DNA of 64,000 nt from Candidatus Latescibacterota bacterium (lineage in GTDB: Bacteria > Latescibacterota > UBA2968 > UBA8231), in NCBI GenBank assembly GCA_965261395.1, contig OZ253462.1, positions 3,072,001 through 3,136,000 on the forward strand, in the 5' to 3' direction. The first letter of the stretch is position 1; the number at the start of each line of letters is the position of its first letter. The position numbers and the translations under genes are program-made. This document shows positions 9,368 to 18,694 of the stretch, piece by piece. The notes below the pieces were generated by a model, which was not told where the DNA came from, did no database searches, and worked only from the letters and a program-made list of their open reading frames with translations.

Positions 9368-10144
9368 CTACTTGTCGCCGCGTGGATCGGCGCGCAAGGT
9401 CGCTAGGTGGTCGTCGAGGACTTGCACGCCGTAGCGGAGGGCATTGCCGACGTTGAGGAAGCGATACCCCCAGCGAATCTTCTCCTGGATCTGGTCTAAT
9501 TCCCCCAGCGTAGTGCCCACGGCGATCCCCGTATCGGCTAGCTGCTGCGGCACGTCGCGCATGATTTCCTGCACTTGCCGCGACTCAGTATCGGTGATTG
9601 TCCCCACGGTCGCCGAGAGATCCAACGGCCCGACAAAAATCACGTCAATGCCGGGCACGCGCCTGATTTCGTCCAAGTTGTCGTAGGCCCGCTGGCTTTC
9701 GAGCTGGAGGACGACGAGCGTCTCCTCGTTGGCGGTTTTGATGACCTCGTTCCAGTCCGCGCCCGCGATTTGGGTCCACATGGGCGAGAGGCCGCGCCGG
9801 CCTTCGGGTGCGTAGCGGGCGGCCTCGACCGCGGCTGCCGCTTCTGCGGCCGTATCGACTTGGGGTACCATCACGGCTACTGCGCCCGCGTCGTACGCCT
9901 TTTTGATTAGCGCGGGGTCGTTCCACGCGACGCGCACCATGGGGGCGACGCCGCGCATCCGCGCCAGCACCAAGATCGAGTCGAGCGCTTCGGTGTCGTG
10001 GGGCATGTGCTCGGTGTCGGCCCAGAGGAAATCGGGACCGGTGGAGATGACCGACCCGGCCACGTGTGGGGTGGGAGCCGGCAGGCTGGTGCCGAGGATG
10101 ATTTCGCCGCTGCGCAGACGCGCTTTTAGGTTGTTGGGATACAT
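9368..10144 (-). CDS. HpcH/HpaI aldolase family protein
   Basis: 'DFLWADTEH', 'VRVAWND..IKKAYDAGA..VMVPQV', 'QLES', 'IFVGPLDLS'. Confidence 0.9.
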   Translation of the reverse strand: MYPNNLKARLRSGEIILGTSLPAPTPHVAGSVISTGPDFLWADTEHMPHDTEALDSILVLARMRGVAPMVRVAWNDPALIKKAYDAGAVAVMVPQVDTAAEAAAAVEAARYAPEGRRGLSPMWTQIAGADWNEVIKTANEETLVVLQLESQRAYDNLDEIRRVPGIDVIFVGPLDLSATVGTITDTESRQVQEIMRDVPQQLADTGIAVGTTLGELDQIQEKIRWGYRFLNVGNALRYGVQVLDDHLATLRADPRGDK

Positions 10145-10161
10145 GGATAGCTCCGTTAAAA

Positions 10162-10971
10162 TTAGCCGTACAGTGAGTAGAAGATGCCGCCGCCGAGCAG
10201 GATGCGATAGACGGCAAACGCATAGGTGCCGTGGCGCTGGAGGAAGCGGAGGAGGAAGCCGATGGACAGGTAGCCGCTAACCGCGGCGGCGAGGATCCCC
10301 AACCCCAAACTCAGCATCCCGGCACCGCCTAGGCCTCCTTCGAGTAGGGCGAACAGTTGCAGGAGGCCGCTGGCCCCAATGGCCGGCAAGCCGAGCAAAA
10401 AGGAGAAGCGGGCGGCGTCCGCGCGCTGGAGGCCGATAAAAAGCCCGCCCATAATCGTCGAACCCGACCGAGAGCATCCGGGAATCAGGGCGAGGGCTTG
10501 GCACAGGCCGATCCACTGGATTGACCAGAAGCCGAGGTCTTGCAGGGAGCGCTCGCGCCGCCCCACGCGCTCGGCGAGTATCAAGCACAGCGCGAGGACG
10601 ATCAAGCTCGCGGCGATGATGGGAAGCTGGCGGGCCTCGGTCTCGATAAAGTCGCGTCCCCCGAGGCCGAGCACGGCAATGGGCACGGTGCCCACGGCAA
10701 TGGACCACGCCATGCGGCAGTCTGGGCTGTGGTTGAAGTTGCGGTGCATCACCCCTTGCAGCGCAGCGACGACTAGCCTTTTGATATCGGCCGTGAAGTA
10801 CGCGAAGACAGCCGCGAGCGTCCCCAGTTGGATCACCGCGGAAAACGCCGTGCCTGGATCGTCCCAGCCGAGAAAATGGGGGACCACCCGCAGGTGAGCG
10901 GTGCTGCTGATGGGCAGGAATTCGGTCAGGCCTTGAACTAGGCCTAAGATGAGTGCTTGCAGCCAATCCAT
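10162..10971 (-). CDS. uppP: Undecaprenyl-diphosphate phosphatase
   Basis: 'LGLVQGLTEFLPISSTAHL', 'ALIPGCSRSGSTI', 'ARFSFLL'; start placed at ATG 10971. Confidence 0.95.
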   Translation of the reverse strand: MDWLQALILGLVQGLTEFLPISSTAHLRVVPHFLGWDDPGTAFSAVIQLGTLAAVFAYFTADIKRLVVAALQGVMHRNFNHSPDCRMAWSIAVGTVPIAVLGLGGRDFIETEARQLPIIAASLIVLALCLILAERVGRRERSLQDLGFWSIQWIGLCQALALIPGCSRSGSTIMGGLFIGLQRADAARFSFLLGLPAIGASGLLQLFALLEGGLGGAGMLSLGLGILAAAVSGYLSIGFLLRFLQRHGTYAFAVYRILLGGGIFYSLYG

Positions 10972-11024
10972 GGGAGGACTTAAGCTAACCGCCGCCGCCG
11001 GCCCGGACAAGGACGGCGCGCCCC

Positions 11025-11054
11025 TTGACAAAAACGCGGGCTGGTGTGCAGAAT
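11025..11054 (+). promoter_or_regulatory. Putative sigma70 promoter for the dehydratase-ackA operon
   Basis: TTGACA-18 nt-CAGAAT, upstream of an AAGGAG SD. Confidence 0.45.
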
Positions 11055-11088
11055 ACCCACTCATTTTCACCGACAAAAAGGAGACCTC

Positions 11089-12288
11089 ATGCCCGTTCTG
11101 ATCAAAGACGTTCAAACCATCCTCACCCAACCAGCCGGCTCCCGCTTGGTCATCGTCAAGATTATAACCTCGGACGACGGCCTATACGGGCTGGGTTGCG
11201 CCACCTTCACCCAGCGCTTCCACGCCGTGCATACGGCCATCGAACAACACCTCAAGCCCTTCCTCATTGGCCGCGACGTGGATCGCATTGAGGAGACTTG
11301 GCAGATGGCCATGGTCAACAGCTATTGGCGCAACGGCCCGGTGCTCAACAACGCCATCTCTGGAGTCGATCAGGCGCTGTGGGACATCAAAGGCAAGCGG
11401 GCGGGGATGCCGGTGTACCAATTGCTAGGCGGCAAGTGCCGCGAAGGGGCGGCCGTGTACGGCCATGCAGGTGGTGAGACGCCCGAGGCTGTCGTCGATA
11501 GCATCCGCCAGTTCCAAGAGCAAGGCTATCGCTATATCCGCTGCCAGATGGGCGGCTACGGCGGCAAGGCATCGACTTTGGTCAAGCCCGAGGGCGCACC
11601 CGAAGGCGCGTATTTTAACCGCAAAGAGTACATGATGAACCACCTGCGGATGTTCGAGCACATCCGCGCAGAACTGGGTTTTGAGGTGGAGCTGCTGCAC
11701 GACATTCACGAGCGGCTGCACCCGATTGAGGCCGTGGGCTTTGCCAAAGACATGGAGGAGTTCAAGCTATTCTTCTTGGAGGACGCGCTGGCGCCCGAAG
11801 ACATCGAGTGGTTCCGCCACATCCGCCAGCAGTGCGCGACGCCGCAGGCCATGGGCGAGCTGTTCAACCACCCTCACGAGTGGACGCCGCTCATCGAAGG
11901 GCGGCTCATCGATTTCATGCGCATGCACGTCAGCCAGATGGGCGGGATCACGCCGGCGCGCAATGTCGCGGCCTTTGGCCAGATGTACGGGGTGCGCACG
12001 GCTTGGCACGGCCCGGGCGACACCTCGCCAGTGGGACACGCGGCCAACCTGCACCTAGATCTTTGGGCACCCAACTTCGGGATCCAAGAGTGGTGCCGGT
12101 TCCCGGAGCACGTGTACGAGATGTTTCCGGGGCTGCCCGAGGTGCGCAACGGGTACATGTATCCGAGCGACGGTCCGGGGTTGGGGATCGATATCGACGA
12201 GGACTTGGCGGCTAAGTATCCTTGTGCGAATGAGGTCATTGGGTGGACCCAGACGCGCTTGCCCGACGGCAGTCCGGCGCGGCCCTAA
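11089..12288 (+). CDS. Enolase-superfamily D-mannonate dehydratase (RspA/ManD-like)
   Basis: 'YWRNGPV..NAISGVDQALWDIKGK', 'LLHDIHERL', 'FFLED', 'GELF', 'TAWHGPGD'. Confidence 0.9.
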   Translation: MPVLIKDVQTILTQPAGSRLVIVKIITSDDGLYGLGCATFTQRFHAVHTAIEQHLKPFLIGRDVDRIEETWQMAMVNSYWRNGPVLNNAISGVDQALWDIKGKRAGMPVYQLLGGKCREGAAVYGHAGGETPEAVVDSIRQFQEQGYRYIRCQMGGYGGKASTLVKPEGAPEGAYFNRKEYMMNHLRMFEHIRAELGFEVELLHDIHERLHPIEAVGFAKDMEEFKLFFLEDALAPEDIEWFRHIRQQCATPQAMGELFNHPHEWTPLIEGRLIDFMRMHVSQMGGITPARNVAAFGQMYGVRTAWHGPGDTSPVGHAANLHLDLWAPNFGIQEWCRFPEHVYEMFPGLPEVRNGYMYPSDGPGLGIDIDEDLAAKYPCANEVIGWTQTRLPDGSPARP

Positions 12289-12289
12289 G

Positions 12290-13483
12290 ATGAAAGTCCT
12301 AGTTTCCAATCTCGGCAGTACCTCGTTTAAGTACAAGGTTTTTGCCATGCCCGAAGAAGTGGTTTTGGCGCGCGGTGGCATGGATCGGATTGGGGGTCAA
12401 GGCTCGGTACACACCTTCCAGATCGGCGGGGCTGACGAGGTTGAGCAGGCCGTGGATTTGCCCGACCACGCCAGCGCGATTGACGAGGCCCTCACGCGCT
12501 TGGCCGAGGGCGGGGTGTTGGCGTCGGTGGAGGAGCTGGACGCGGTGGGATTTAAGGCCGTACACGCGCGCGCGATTTCCGGGGTGGTCGAGCTCGACGA
12601 GGACGTGGTGGGGCGGATGGAGGATTTTTATCCGCTGGCCCCGGCGCACAATCCCGCGTACGTGGCGGCGATTCGGCAGTTTGCGCGGGTGGCCCCCAAG
12701 GCGCGGCGGGTCGGGTGCTTTGAGACGGCCTTTCACGGGGCGATGCCGCAGCGGCGCAAAATGTACGCAGTGCCCTACGCTTGGTATGAGCAATACGGCA
12801 TCCAGCGCTACGGCTTCCACGGGGCCAGCCACCGCTACGCTGCTGAGAAGGTCGTGGAACTGGAAGGGCGTGCTGACCTCAAACACGTCAACATGCACTT
12901 GGGCGGCTCCTCGTCGCTGTGCGCGATCAAGGACGGAGTCTCGCAGGGAGCGTCGCATGGGCTTAGCCCGCAGGGGGGCCTGCCGCAAAATAACCGCATT
13001 GGCGACTTGGACCCGTATGCTCTCGACTTGGTGATGCGCAACGAGGATCGCCCGTGGGCGGAGGTGCTGGAGCAGTGCGCCAGCGAGGGTGGCCTGTTGG
13101 GGATATGCGGGCACAGCGACATGCGCGATATTGAAGCGGGTGCGGCAAGCGGCGACGAGCGCTGTGCCTTGGCCATAGCCGTGCTGGCGACGTCGGCGCG
13201 CGACTGGCTGGGGGCTTTTGCGGTGGAGATGGGTGGGCTGGACGCGATTAGCTTTACTGGCGGCATTGGCGAGTATTCGGCTGCCGTGCGCGGCCAGATT
13301 CTGCGCGACTTGGAATTTCTGGGGGTGGTGATGGATGAGGCTAAAAATGAGGACGTGCAAGGCGAGGGTAGTCTGCACGCCGCGGCGAGCCGAGTGCCCA
13401 TTTACGTGCTGCGCACCGACGAGGAATTAGTGGTGGCGCGGCAGACGTGTGAGTTTTTGAGTGTGGGAACGGGGGAAGTATAA
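12290..13483 (+). CDS. ackA: Acetate/propionate kinase
   Basis: 'NLGSTSFKY', 'LAPAHNP', 'ETAFH', 'RYGFHGASH', 'FTGGIGE', 'TDEELVVAR'. Confidence 0.88.
   Translation: MKVLVSNLGSTSFKYKVFAMPEEVVLARGGMDRIGGQGSVHTFQIGGADEVEQAVDLPDHASAIDEALTRLAEGGVLASVEELDAVGFKAVHARAISGVVELDEDVVGRMEDFYPLAPAHNPAYVAAIRQFARVAPKARRVGCFETAFHGAMPQRRKMYAVPYAWYEQYGIQRYGFHGASHRYAAEKVVELEGRADLKHVNMHLGGSSSLCAIKDGVSQGASHGLSPQGGLPQNNRIGDLDPYALDLVMRNEDRPWAEVLEQCASEGGLLGICGHSDMRDIEAGAASGDERCALAIAVLATSARDWLGAFAVEMGGLDAISFTGGIGEYSAAVRGQILRDLEFLGVVMDEAKNEDVQGEGSLHAAASRVPIYVLRTDEELVVARQTCEFLSVGTGEV
13387..13461 (+). repeat. 75-bp direct repeat, copy 1 (3' end of ackA)
   Basis: gagccgagtgcccatttacgtg...gtgagtttttgag; 70/75 identical to 15629-15703 by manual alignment. 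Confidence 0.95.
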
Positions 13484-13516
13484 GCGAGGTTATTTCCAGA
13501 CGAAGGAGGTGTACTT

Positions 13517-14782
13517 GTGAAACTGAAATCTGTGGATATTGAAAACTATCGCGCCATTGAAAAGCTCTCGTTGTCGCTCGACCCGTCGCTGACGGTGTTG
13601 TACGGCGACAATGGGTACGGCAAGACGAGCATTCTGAGCGCGATTGCGGTGGGAGTGGGGAAGAGCCCAGAAATGTTGTTCGATATATCGGAGATTGATT
13701 TCCACGAAGAGGATCTGCGCGAGGGCGCGGAACATTCGCGAGTTTCGATCACCCCAATGGATGGGACCTTTTGGGAACACCAATCGGGACGGGAGGACGA
13801 CCAGATGAAGAAGCAGAGGCAGATTACCTTGTCTCGTTTTTTGGAAAGCCAGATCACAGGCAAGGTGGTCGATCTGCCGATTGCCGCCTTCTATAGTACA
13901 GATCGCATTATCTCGGGTCTGTCGAAGGTGCCAAGCGATCCCAAAGTCAAAATTCCTCGTACCGCCGCACTGAAGGGGGCACTCGACGCTCGTACGGACT
14001 TCGGAGGTCTCTTTACTTGGTTCTATTATAAGGAGGCCGAGGAGTTAAAAATACAGAGGGACCGGCGCGACTTCGATTATCAGCTAAAGGATATATCCGC
14101 GGTGCGCCAAGCGATCTCGTCCATGCTCCCAGAGGTGTCCGATCCACGCACCGAGTTGCATCCGCCCCGTTTTGTGGTGTCCTGGAAATCGGAGCAAGGA
14201 CAGGTGGAAAAGCTCTCGATCGACCAGTTGAGCGGTGGCTATCGCATTGTGCTCGCGCTCGCCGCCGATCTTGCCCGACGGATGATTACAGGCAATCCAC
14301 ATCGCGACGACCCGCTCGAATCCGAGGCAGTTGTCCTGATTGACGAGGTGGAACTGCATCTGCATCCAAAATGGCAGCAACGCATCTTGGGCGATCTGCG
14401 GCGGACGTTCCCGAATGCTCAGTTTATCGTCTCTACTCACAGCCCGCAGGTGCTGACTACGGTCGAGCCGCAGCGCATTGTGGAACTTGCTCGAGAAGGT
14501 GACCGCATTGTTGCGGGGGCACCGGCAGGGGCGACGTATGGGGCCGAGGCGGGGGATGTGCTTTCCGTGGTGATGGGCGTGAAAGAACGGCCCGAGAACG
14601 AGTTCACAAAAGCACTGGAACAATACCGGTATCTGATCAGGGAGGGACAGTGGGAGTCCGAAGAAGCCTTGGCTCTGCGAGCGAGTCTGGAGAGCATGTC
14701 TCCCTACGATCCGGCCCTTGATCGAGCTGACCTTGAAATCCGACGACGCAAGCTGTTTAAGCAGCGGGCCGAGTCGCCATGA
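13517..14782 (+). CDS. ABC/AAA-type ATPase, PtuA-like (Septu / retron-associated effector)
   Basis: Walker A 'GDNGYGKTS', signature 'LSGG', 'LIDEVELHLHPKWQ', 'STHSP'; AAGGAGGT SD. Confidence 0.85.
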   Translation: MKLKSVDIENYRAIEKLSLSLDPSLTVLYGDNGYGKTSILSAIAVGVGKSPEMLFDISEIDFHEEDLREGAEHSRVSITPMDGTFWEHQSGREDDQMKKQRQITLSRFLESQITGKVVDLPIAAFYSTDRIISGLSKVPSDPKVKIPRTAALKGALDARTDFGGLFTWFYYKEAEELKIQRDRRDFDYQLKDISAVRQAISSMLPEVSDPRTELHPPRFVVSWKSEQGQVEKLSIDQLSGGYRIVLALAADLARRMITGNPHRDDPLESEAVVLIDEVELHLHPKWQQRILGDLRRTFPNAQFIVSTHSPQVLTTVEPQRIVELAREGDRIVAGAPAGATYGAEAGDVLSVVMGVKERPENEFTKALEQYRYLIREGQWESEEALALRASLESMSPYDPALDRADLEIRRRKLFKQRAESP

Positions 14783-15540
14783 AGAGGGTTCGCGAATTGA
14801 GTAACCCGACTCTTGGCCTTGACGAATACCTCGGTTGTATGGGTGAAGACGCGGATTGGGACGAATTTCGCTCTCACAATTCGGGGGCGTCGTACCGCGA
14901 ACTCAGGGAAGCCCTAACCCAAAACCAACACGGACTCTGCGCTTACTGCGAGATTGCGATCAGAGGATGGCGTCGTCAGATTGAGCATGTGATCCCGCAG
15001 AGCGATGATGAATTGGGCAAAGCGAAGGCCCTCGATATAGCCAACATGGTCGCCTGCTGTATGGGTGGAACCGTGCAGGATGATGAGGATCGTTATCGCA
15101 GGCCCGTGGGACATAACACGAGCTGTGGTCAGGCAAAGGGAAGTCAGAACGACGAAAATTTTATTGACCCTCGGATACTACCCGCGTTGCCATCGCTTAT
15201 GAGGGTACTTGACAATGGGCTGATTGAAGCAGACGAAAATGCCTGCCAAATGGCCGGTTTTTCCCCTGACCGCGTGACCCGCACCATTGAGCTGCTGAAC
15301 CTCAACGCGGAACGGCTCCGGTCGGCGCGGGAGAAGCGGTGGAATGGCCTTGAGGAAGAGTTGGGACAAATTGACGATCCAGACGATCCAGATATGGTGA
15401 GTGATTGGATACGCTCTGAGCTGACGCCAGATGAGGACGACCGATTGGTCTCCTTCTTCACGACGAGCCGGTCGTACTTTGGTACGTTTAGCCTGCTTGC
15501 CGAGCGCGTCCTCGAACAACAACCTCAAGCGTGGATATAA
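14779..15540 (+). CDS. HNH endonuclease, PtuB/TIGR02646-like
   Basis: 'QHGLCAYCE', 'IEHVIPQS', 'NMVACC', 'SCGQAKG', 'TIELLNLN'; ATGA overlap with the ATPase. Confidence 0.85.
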   Translation: MKRVRELSNPTLGLDEYLGCMGEDADWDEFRSHNSGASYRELREALTQNQHGLCAYCEIAIRGWRRQIEHVIPQSDDELGKAKALDIANMVACCMGGTVQDDEDRYRRPVGHNTSCGQAKGSQNDENFIDPRILPALPSLMRVLDNGLIEADENACQMAGFSPDRVTRTIELLNLNAERLRSAREKRWNGLEEELGQIDDPDDPDMVSDWIRSELTPDEDDRLVSFFTTSRSYFGTFSLLAERVLEQQPQAWI

Positions 15541-15628
15541 GTGATGTCCGGCACTCGTCCAATTGAGCAGTAGCCGTCGATTGCCGAGCATAAGCATTAC
15601 ATAAAAACAACGATAGAGTACTTCCATT

Positions 15629-15703
15629 GAGCCGAGTGCTCATTTACGTGCTGCGCACCGACGAGGAACTGGTGGTGACGCGGCAGACTTGTGAGTTTTT
15701 GAG
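15629..15703 (+). repeat. 75-bp direct repeat, copy 2 (duplicated ackA 3' end; frame ends FLSL-TGA overlapping the DUF499 ATG)
   Basis: Translates as SRVLIYVLRTDEELVVTRQTCEFLSL* versus ackA SRVPIYVLRTDEELVVARQTCEFLSV. Confidence 0.95.
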
Positions 15704-15706
15704 CCT

Positions 15707-18694
15707 ATGAATACACCAACGATATTCGAGACTTGTCATCCGCGAACGGATGTGCTCCAAGGGGCGATCTCCGAGGCCGATTTTGCGGCGGATTTGGCTC
15801 AAGTCATCGCCGGAACCGGAAGCGCAGAGTACGTTGATCCGGTGCGGTTTTTTGCCCACACCTATCCGACGAGGGGCTTGAAGAACTTACTCGCCAACGT
15901 CATGAGTCGGTTAAGTGGCAGGGGTGGAGACGCGGCGATCTTCCGTCTCGACACGTCCTACGGCGGAGGCAAGACCCACGGGCTGATTGCGCTAACGCAT
16001 GCGGCACGTAGCGCGAAGGACGTGGAGACAATTAAGGAGTTTGTCGATCCGGCGTTGTTGCCGCCAAAGCGCGTGCGCGTTGCTGCATTTGATGGAGAGA
16101 ATGCTGATCCGGCCAATGGGCGGGATATGGGCGGCGGCGTTCTCGCTCACACGCCGTGGGGTGAGATCGCTTACGCCTTGGCTGGAAAGGAGGGCTATGA
16201 ACGGGTCCGGCCAAGCGACGAAAACCATATTGCCCCTGGTGCAGAGACCTTACGGACGTTGTTCGGAGGCGAGCCGACGCTGATCCTGCTCGACGAGCTT
16301 TCGATTTATCTGCGCAAGGTGCGTCGCCTCGACGACGCAGGCGATCAGCTAACCGCCTTCCTGACCTCGTTGTTTAAGGCCGTAGAAGGCGCACCGAACG
16401 CGGCCCTCGTCTATACGCTGGCGATCGGCAAGGACAACCGTGCAACCGACGCCTATGGCGAGGAACACCAGTTTATCGCCGACAAGATGGCAGAGGCCGA
16501 AAGCGTTTCGGCGCGCAAGGCTACGATTTTGAATCCGACTGAAGAAGACGAGACGGTCCAGGTGCTGCGGCGACGCCTGTTCGAGAAGATCGACGAGGCG
16601 CAGATTCCAGCGGTGGTGGATGCCTATCGCCAAGTGTGGACGGCCCATGGCGAGTCGCTTGCCGATGAAGCTACTCATTCCGAGACCGCGGAAAACTTCC
16701 GGTCGAGTTATCCGCTGCATCCAGAAGTGCTGAAAACGCTGACTGGCAAGACGGCGACACTGAGTAATTTTCAACGGGTGCGCGGCATGCTGCGGCTTTT
16801 AGCGGGCACGGTGGCCCAACTTTGGGAAAACCAGCCTGCGGACGCGACTGCGATTCACCTCCACCATATTGATCCGAGCCACGAGCCGATCCGCCGCGAG
16901 ATAGTCACCCGCCTAGGACAGGCCGCTTATACACCGGCGATTACCAACGATGTCGCCGGATCGCCCGATGCCAATGCACTGGCGCAGGAAATTGACGCAG
17001 AGTACCATCGCGACCTGCCACCCTATGCCGCATATATAGCGCGGACCATCTTTATGCACACGCTCGCCTTCAACGACCCGCTTAAGGGGCTTTCACCGGA
17101 GCAGTTGCGCTATTCGGTTCTGGGTCCTGCGACGGACATCAGCTTCATTGAGGAGGCGCGGGGGAAGTTCATCGCTGAGTCCGCCTATCTCGACGACCGG
17201 CCTGGTGCGCCGATGCGTTTTCTCGCCGAGGCCAATCTGAGTCAGATCATCCAGCGTGAGGATCAGCATGTCGATGCGGGTGAAGCCCGGGCGGAATTGA
17301 ACGACCGTATCCGGGAGATTTTCAACGGTCGGACGTTTGCGCTAGTGCCCTTTCCCGGCGGACCGTTCGACGTGCCAGACGAGGTCGGCGACGGTCGTCC
17401 CCAACTCGCTGTTTTGTCCTACGATGCCCTAAGCGTTGGGGACTCAGTAGAGTGCGTTCCTGAATTGGTCGAGGGCATCTATAACCGCAAAGGTGTGGAG
17501 GGCACTGCCCTGCGGGCGTTGCGCAACCATCTGGTCTTGGTGGTGGCCGATGAAGCTCGTAAGGAAGCGATGCGCCGCAATGTCCGCCGTCGGTTGGCCC
17601 TGCGGGCACTCAAGCGGCCCGAACACCTCGCCGATCTGGCAGAGCATCAGCAGGCTAAGGTTCACCAATTGGAAGCGGCTTCCGAGAAAGACTTGGCCAT
17701 CAGTATCCAGCAGTGTTATCGGCATGTCTTCTATCCGTCGCGGAACCGAGTTGGCTCGGGGACGGTCGATCTAGCACATACCGCAATGGAACTCCCATCG
17801 GTGTCCGATACGCCCGGCAGCGGACAACAACAGATTGTGCGGGCGCTGCGCGAACTCAACAAGCTGCGCTTGGCCGAAGATGAACCTGATTCGCCAGCGT
17901 ATGTACGTGATCGCACACCGCTAAAGAAGGGCCAAATCACCACGCTAGCCTTGCGCGATGAGTTCCGCCGCGATCCAGGACTGCCCATCCTGATAGGCGA
18001 CGACATCTTCCTTAGAGGGATTCGGCGCGGCGTTGAGCAGGGTGACTACATCTACCAGCGTGGCGATTTGCTATTTGGGCCGGACGATCCGTCGGCTAGC
18101 ATCGCCATTGACGAACAAGCCCTAGTCTTTACCATGGCCTACGCCCGTAATAAAGGGATATGGCCCCGCTCTGAACCGACTCCACCGCCGGAGAAGGAAG
18201 CCCTCGCCGCCGAGAAACAGTCGAATGAACCTCCGGTCTCGTCCCAAGAATCGTCGTTTGATTCCGAAGGTGTACTCAAGGAGGCGTTGATCAAGCTTTG
18301 GGAGCAGGCACGCGATAGGAAGGTGGAAGCGGTTGGCATCCTGACCATTCGCATGTTTGAGGCTAGCGACTCCTTCCGTCTGTTGAATGTTGTGGGTGCT
18401 GTATCGGGAGCGGAAAAGATTATTTCTATCACGGGAGGGTACGAAACCCACGCTGGCGGCTCGTTTGAACTAAAGTTCCGAGGACCGGTGCCGGACGTGC
18501 AACCGGTGAGGGAGTTTCTCGAACCACAACTGCGCGCCGCCAGCGCCAACACGCTGACGGTGGACTTTCAATTGACCTTTGGTGACGGCTTGGCGATGAA
18601 GGGTGATGCGGCGGAGAAACTCACCGAGCGTCTTGCCAAGTTCACGAGCGGAGTGGCTTATGTGTCCGCGACGCCGAAGGTTGAGACCCAATGA
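15707..18694 (+). CDS. DUF499 AAA+ ATPase of a restriction-like (Gao RL-type) defence system
   Basis: 'DFAADL', 'FFAHTYPT.GL', Walker A 'YGGGKTH', 'LILLDEL', 'VLRRRLF', 'SYPLHP', 'FQRVRG.LR'. Confidence 0.9.
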   Translation: MNTPTIFETCHPRTDVLQGAISEADFAADLAQVIAGTGSAEYVDPVRFFAHTYPTRGLKNLLANVMSRLSGRGGDAAIFRLDTSYGGGKTHGLIALTHAARSAKDVETIKEFVDPALLPPKRVRVAAFDGENADPANGRDMGGGVLAHTPWGEIAYALAGKEGYERVRPSDENHIAPGAETLRTLFGGEPTLILLDELSIYLRKVRRLDDAGDQLTAFLTSLFKAVEGAPNAALVYTLAIGKDNRATDAYGEEHQFIADKMAEAESVSARKATILNPTEEDETVQVLRRRLFEKIDEAQIPAVVDAYRQVWTAHGESLADEATHSETAENFRSSYPLHPEVLKTLTGKTATLSNFQRVRGMLRLLAGTVAQLWENQPADATAIHLHHIDPSHEPIRREIVTRLGQAAYTPAITNDVAGSPDANALAQEIDAEYHRDLPPYAAYIARTIFMHTLAFNDPLKGLSPEQLRYSVLGPATDISFIEEARGKFIAESAYLDDRPGAPMRFLAEANLSQIIQREDQHVDAGEARAELNDRIREIFNGRTFALVPFPGGPFDVPDEVGDGRPQLAVLSYDALSVGDSVECVPELVEGIYNRKGVEGTALRALRNHLVLVVADEARKEAMRRNVRRRLALRALKRPEHLADLAEHQQAKVHQLEAASEKDLAISIQQCYRHVFYPSRNRVGSGTVDLAHTAMELPSVSDTPGSGQQQIVRALRELNKLRLAEDEPDSPAYVRDRTPLKKGQITTLALRDEFRRDPGLPILIGDDIFLRGIRRGVEQGDYIYQRGDLLFGPDDPSASIAIDEQALVFTMAYARNKGIWPRSEPTPPPEKEALAAEKQSNEPPVSSQESSFDSEGVLKEALIKLWEQARDRKVEAVGILTIRMFEASDSFRLLNVVGAVSGAEKIISITGGYETHAGGSFELKFRGPVPDVQPVREFLEPQLRAASANTLTVDFQLTFGDGLAMKGDAAEKLTERLAKFTSGVAYVSATPKVETQ

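Noticed and set aside
12299-13378. 359-aa antisense ORF over ackA
   Set aside because: Shadow ORF of a GC-rich gene with no motifs; the sense strand is clearly an acetate kinase.
15541-15628. Possible retron msr-msd ncRNA next to PtuAB
   Set aside because: Too short, no a1/a2 inverted repeats seen, and no RT gene in the window.
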